Below, piece by piece: positions 60,252 to 64,000 of a DNA stretch of 64,000 nucleotides (its first letter is position 1; each line of letters opens with the position of its first letter). This DNA is from Candidatus Poribacteria bacterium (GTDB taxonomy: Bacteria; Poribacteria; WGA-4E; PCPOR2b). The position numbers and the translations under genes are program-made. The notes below the pieces were generated by a model. The model saw nothing but the letters and a program-made list of their open reading frames with translations, did no database searches and was not told the origin of the DNA. The DNA lies in contig OZ220744.1 in the NCBI GenBank assembly GCA_965116925.1, positions 3,776,001 to 3,840,000 on the forward strand, written 5' to 3'.

Positions 60252-60291
60252 GCAACGGATGCCTGCTGACCATACATGGAAGGGAGATAGC

Positions 60292-61716
60292 ATGATAGAC
60301 GCGGAATTGGCTTTCGCTTCAGCGACCAATCTCTTAGAAATGATCTCGACGAAACAGATTTCCCCGGTAGAACTGACCGAGTTATACTTTGACCGCATCA
60401 ATAGACTGGACTCACAACTAAACGCATTCCTGCTCTTGACCCACGACGAGGCGATGGAAACTGCCAAAGCTGCCGAAGCGGCAGTTATCCGCGGTGATGA
60501 ACTAGGGCCTCTACACGGGCTGCCCATCCCTATCAAGGACACCCAAATGACCAAGGGGATACGGACGACTTCGGGTTCGGTGGTATACAAGGATCGGATA
60601 CCGGAGCGGGATTCCGCTGTGGTGGAGCGTGTGCAAGAAGCTGGAGGCATTGTCATCGGCAAAACCAATGTTCCAGAGTTCGGCATGGTCGGCACTTGCG
60701 AGAACAGCTTGGGTATCTCCGGCTGCAACCCTTGGAACACCGATCGCACACCGGGAGGCTCCAGCGGTGGTGCTGCGGCAGCTGTGGCAGCGTACCTGTG
60801 TCCCCTTGCTACCGGTAGCGATGGTGGCGGATCCATCCGTATACCCGCCAACTTATGTGGCGTTTACGGCATCAAGCCTTCGCAGGGGCGCGTCTCCGGC
60901 TACACAGGCTTGCAAGGTCCTGCGATGCCTTACATGTTCTCACAGAACGGTCCCCTTACCCGCACTGTGAGGGACGCTGCCTTACTGCTCCAGACGCTTG
61001 CCGGGCACGATCGCAGAGATCCCACCTCCCTCCGAGAAACACCACCCGATTTCATCGCTGCAGTAGATAGAGAGATTCAGGGGTTGCGTATCGCTTGGAG
61101 CCCAGATTTTGGCTTCGCTGATGTGGAACCCGATGTCTTGGAGGTTACCTCAAGGGCAGCACAGCTATTTGAGGGTCTCGGTTGTCACGTCGAAGAATCC
61201 GACTTGGCGATGGACCCGCCTTATGACACTTTCGGTGCCATCATAGCGGCGGATTCGTATAGCAGCCAAGGCAGGTATCTGGAAACCTATGGAGATCAGA
61301 TGACCGAATTTGCTGTATTCCTTCTTGAATACGGTGCGAAAGTCACCGCAACCGATTACGCTAGGGCACTCGGTCAGATAGATCTCTTGAAGGCGCGTAT
61401 GACCGACCTGTTTGAGAAATATGACCTGCTGCTTTCGCCGACATCGTGTTTCCCTGCCTTCCCCAACGGCGAGTATCCCGGCAAGTGGTCACCTAATAGG
61501 ATTTTCCCGGATCAGTACTGGAATGGTGCGTTTACGTTACCGATTAATGTGATTGGACACCCCGCTGCTACCGTGCCCGCAGGTTTCTCCTCCGACGGTC
61601 TGCCCATCGGTCTCCATATTGTAGGGAGGAAGGAAGATGAAGAAACAGTGTTGGCTGCATCGAGGGCATTTGAGCGGGCGCACCCATGGATACAGCACCG
61701 ACCTCCGGTATCCTGA
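60292..61716 (+). CDS. Amidase signature family protein
   Basis: GLPIPIKD, GKTNVPEF, TPGGSSGG, GSDGGGSIRIPA. Confidence 0.92.
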   Translation: MIDAELAFASATNLLEMISTKQISPVELTELYFDRINRLDSQLNAFLLLTHDEAMETAKAAEAAVIRGDELGPLHGLPIPIKDTQMTKGIRTTSGSVVYKDRIPERDSAVVERVQEAGGIVIGKTNVPEFGMVGTCENSLGISGCNPWNTDRTPGGSSGGAAAAVAAYLCPLATGSDGGGSIRIPANLCGVYGIKPSQGRVSGYTGLQGPAMPYMFSQNGPLTRTVRDAALLLQTLAGHDRRDPTSLRETPPDFIAAVDREIQGLRIAWSPDFGFADVEPDVLEVTSRAAQLFEGLGCHVEESDLAMDPPYDTFGAIIAADSYSSQGRYLETYGDQMTEFAVFLLEYGAKVTATDYARALGQIDLLKARMTDLFEKYDLLLSPTSCFPAFPNGEYPGKWSPNRIFPDQYWNGAFTLPINVIGHPAATVPAGFSSDGLPIGLHIVGRKEDEETVLAASRAFERAHPWIQHRPPVS

Positions 61717-61756
61717 TCGGTCACTTAAAATTGCGAATATCGTAATCTGTATTACT

Positions 61757-61790
61757 GCGCCCCACGTTCAGGCATTTAGGGGCGTTTTTA
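61757..61790 (+). terminator. Possible terminator
   Basis: GCGCCCC/GGGGCGT stem with long loop, then T-run. Confidence 0.45.
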
Positions 61791-61890
61791 TTTGTCCCCT
61801 CCAGTTGAAACTTTGAGGTATGAATGCAGCTAAAGGGTAACAGATTAGAATCCGCGGATATAGTAATCGCACCTATCGGCAATTTTTCCC

Positions 61891-62280
61891 CTATGGAAGG
61901 TTGAGTTGCCACGAGACACCAAAGCGATCACTTACCCAACCGAATCGTGCGCTAAACCCGTAGTTGTCTAATGGCATAAATATCTCTCCATCCTCAGCAA
62001 GTGCTGAGTACAACCGCTCAAGTTCTTCTTGTGACTCACAATCAACGAAGATTGAGATAGCGGGCGTGAAGCCAAAATCATGCTTTATCGGAGTATCAAT
62101 ACAGATGAATTCTCTACCACCAAGAGTAAAAAAGGCGTATTGAATTTTGCCTTTATGCTCACCTTCGTTGTAGTATGACACATCAGTCACTTCAGACATG
62201 GGGAATAGACCAACGTAGAAATTCATTGCGTCTCCAGCAGTGCCATCAAACATTAGATGGGTTCGGATCCTTGTCGCCAT
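61891..62280 (-). CDS. VOC/PhnB family protein (3-demethylubiquinone-9 3-methyltransferase-like)
   Basis: HLMFDG.A.DAMNFY, FTPAISIFV.C, FGWV.DRFGVSWQL; SD GGAGG. Confidence 0.88.
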   Translation of the reverse strand: MATRIRTHLMFDGTAGDAMNFYVGLFPMSEVTDVSYYNEGEHKGKIQYAFFTLGGREFICIDTPIKHDFGFTPAISIFVDCESQEELERLYSALAEDGEIFMPLDNYGFSARFGWVSDRFGVSWQLNLP

Positions 62281-62494
62281 CAGGTATTTTCCTCCTGTGT
62301 TGTATAACTCTTTTTTAAACCGAATATTTTCCACATAACACTATTTTGCGGCTGTAACCGCTGACTTTTTGGTTATCCAGAACTTTTTACTCCCTTCAAC
62401 TCGGCATCACAGTCGTGAAGTTCGGCATAAACCGTGTCCGATACGCGGGCAGTGCGAAAAAAGAAAAACAGAACAGTCTAACCCTGCCTTCATT

Positions 62495-64000
62495 TTACGG
62501 TGTTGTTGCGACAGTTTCATCGTCTTGTTCAGCGGCTTTCCCACGAGTGGCGTTGGTGAGAACAATGTTTCCGCTGATGCTGGTAAGCCGTAGGCTTGCC
62601 TTTGGCGCATTAAGTATTCCGCTAATCCAATTTGTCCGAACCTCCGCGTCAATTAAATCCCAATCACACTTCAGCACCCCGGTGACACTATTTGCATTGA
62701 TTGTGCAAGCGACAGATTCGGCTAGCTCCATCTGAATGTTCCCGCTGGCGGTGTTGATATCGTATTCCGCGCTTTCGGCAATTTCTCCCTTGATGGTAAC
62801 AACACCTGTCGCGCTGTTGATTTTAAGCCGAGCAGGTTCTGCGTCAATTATGGTCGCTGCGCCGTTCACGAAATTCAATTCAAGCGCACGTAGTCGATGC
62901 TGCGGAACGCGTAGACACTGGTTAACCGTAATTTTTTCTTGGGCTTCATCTCTGGCACGAACCGTTAGGCGTTCCCCGCGTTGGATGATTTCCGGACGCG
63001 CAGCTTCGATCTGCTGTTTTGCGTCCTCTCCGGTTCCCGTTTGAACTTGTAGGGTAATTTCCAATGCAATAGCATCTTCCCTCCACCCCTCTACCAAAAT
63101 TGTCCCATTCACATTGGAAAGTTGGATGTCAGTGATCTGTGGGTGATCAAAACGTTGCTTTTCACGCAATATCTTTGGGCCATCGGGTTCCTCCGTCTGG
63201 CTATCGGGTTGAAAATCCGCGGTTACAGCCGGTGGTGCTTGAGGGTTTGGATCCGCAATTTTGGGGTGTGCTGCTCCGGGTTGGCTTGAGGGTTGCCCGA
63301 ATTGATTAAACGGCAGTGTTACTTGTGTCCCCCATTGCGCTGCCTTCATCATGCGTTCTGGAAAGGCATCAATGGGTCCGTAATTCATCGTCAGCTCATC
63401 GATCTTCGATGTGTACAGATCTCGAATCGTGTCCACATCGCCTTCACCAAAGTAAAACATGCTTACAAAACTCGCCCGCCGATTTGGAGATAGCCCAACA
63501 CCGTAAATCAGTGGTTGAATAACAAAGTGTGTACCGATGCGTGGGTAGTAGATCTCAAGATTGTCTATCACACCGGGAGGGAAAAGCATCCCGAATGCCA
63601 TTCCGTCGTGGGTGACTGCTGCCCAACCCGCGCTGGGGGTGACAGATTTCTTGAATCCGAGTTCAGTAAATCTCCCTGACAAGAGTTGATCGTCAAGGGG
63701 CAGGTGATAAATGTTGTTTTTCAAGGCATTGCCCAGACAGAGTTCGGGATGAATGCCAAACGTAAACTTGTTAAACTGCTGATCGAAATTGGTAAAACTG
63801 TACTCAACCCTCAAGATTGGCGCATTGGGTTCGAGGGATAGCGTTTTGGAAAGCAGCACTCTGCCGAATCGCGTCGGTGAAATGACAGATAGTGTGACAT
63901 CCCCCGTTCCTTTTTCTATTCTCCACGGTGCTTTCCAAAGCTGGTTCCTCAACGGACTGCCGATACACTCCTCAATCCCGCCATATTCTGTGTAGGAACC
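62495..64000 (-). CDS. Partial CDS (5' end outside window): galactose-mutarotase-like domain plus DUF4097 beta-strand repeats
   Basis: Frame open to the window edge (YGGIEEC...W); C-terminal NG.I.V / SG.I repeats. Confidence 0.65.
   Translation of the reverse strand, partial: GSYTEYGGIEECIGSPLRNQLWKAPWRIEKGTGDVTLSVISPTRFGRVLLSKTLSLEPNAPILRVEYSFTNFDQQFNKFTFGIHPELCLGNALKNNIYHLPLDDQLLSGRFTELGFKKSVTPSAGWAAVTHDGMAFGMLFPPGVIDNLEIYYPRIGTHFVIQPLIYGVGLSPNRRASFVSMFYFGEGDVDTIRDLYTSKIDELTMNYGPIDAFPERMMKAAQWGTQVTLPFNQFGQPSSQPGAAHPKIADPNPQAPPAVTADFQPDSQTEEPDGPKILREKQRFDHPQITDIQLSNVNGTILVEGWREDAIALEITLQVQTGTGEDAKQQIEAARPEIIQRGERLTVRARDEAQEKITVNQCLRVPQHRLRALELNFVNGAATIIDAEPARLKINSATGVVTIKGEIAESAEYDINTASGNIQMELAESVACTINANSVTGVLKCDWDLIDAEVRTNWISGILNAPKASLRLTSISGNIVLTNATRGKAAEQDDETVATTP

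Noticed and set aside
60154..60282. CRISPR-like repeat-spacer-repeat
   Set aside because: Only two repeats, the spacer is a MITE fragment, and there are no cas genes

Overview
A gene-dense 64-kb bacterial chromosomal segment. Its gene repertoire strongly resembles Candidatus Poribacteria (inference): three phytanoyl-CoA dioxygenases, secreted proteins ending in an LLQN(Y/F)PNPFNPETWIP domain, a LamG protein with an SVEPxGKxTTTWG tail, and DUF5916 paralogs. It contains argH and metabolic genes, two tnpB-only IS200/IS605 elements, several small MITE/REP-like repeats, four CBM9/DUF5916 outer-membrane paralogs, three tandem FG-GAP proteins, and a 7-gene envelope-signalling cluster (27004-41482). 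Three observations stand out. (1) The two divergent tnpB genes share a promoter plus a ~95-nt 5' leader with the same four-helix pseudoknotted fold built from different sequences, a candidate cis-regulatory RNA I cannot assign to a known family. (2) The first tnpB element sits exactly between the Shine-Dalgarno and the ATG of a phyH gene. (3) The signalling cluster runs from a PorV-like barrel fused to a transglutaminase-like domain, through a FecR-like protein with a catalytically dead copy of that domain, a CHASE2 kinase and an enhancer-binding regulator lacking GAFTGA, to an alternative sigma-70 gene with a consensus sigma-54 promoter. All calls come from motif recognition by eye; no searches were run.
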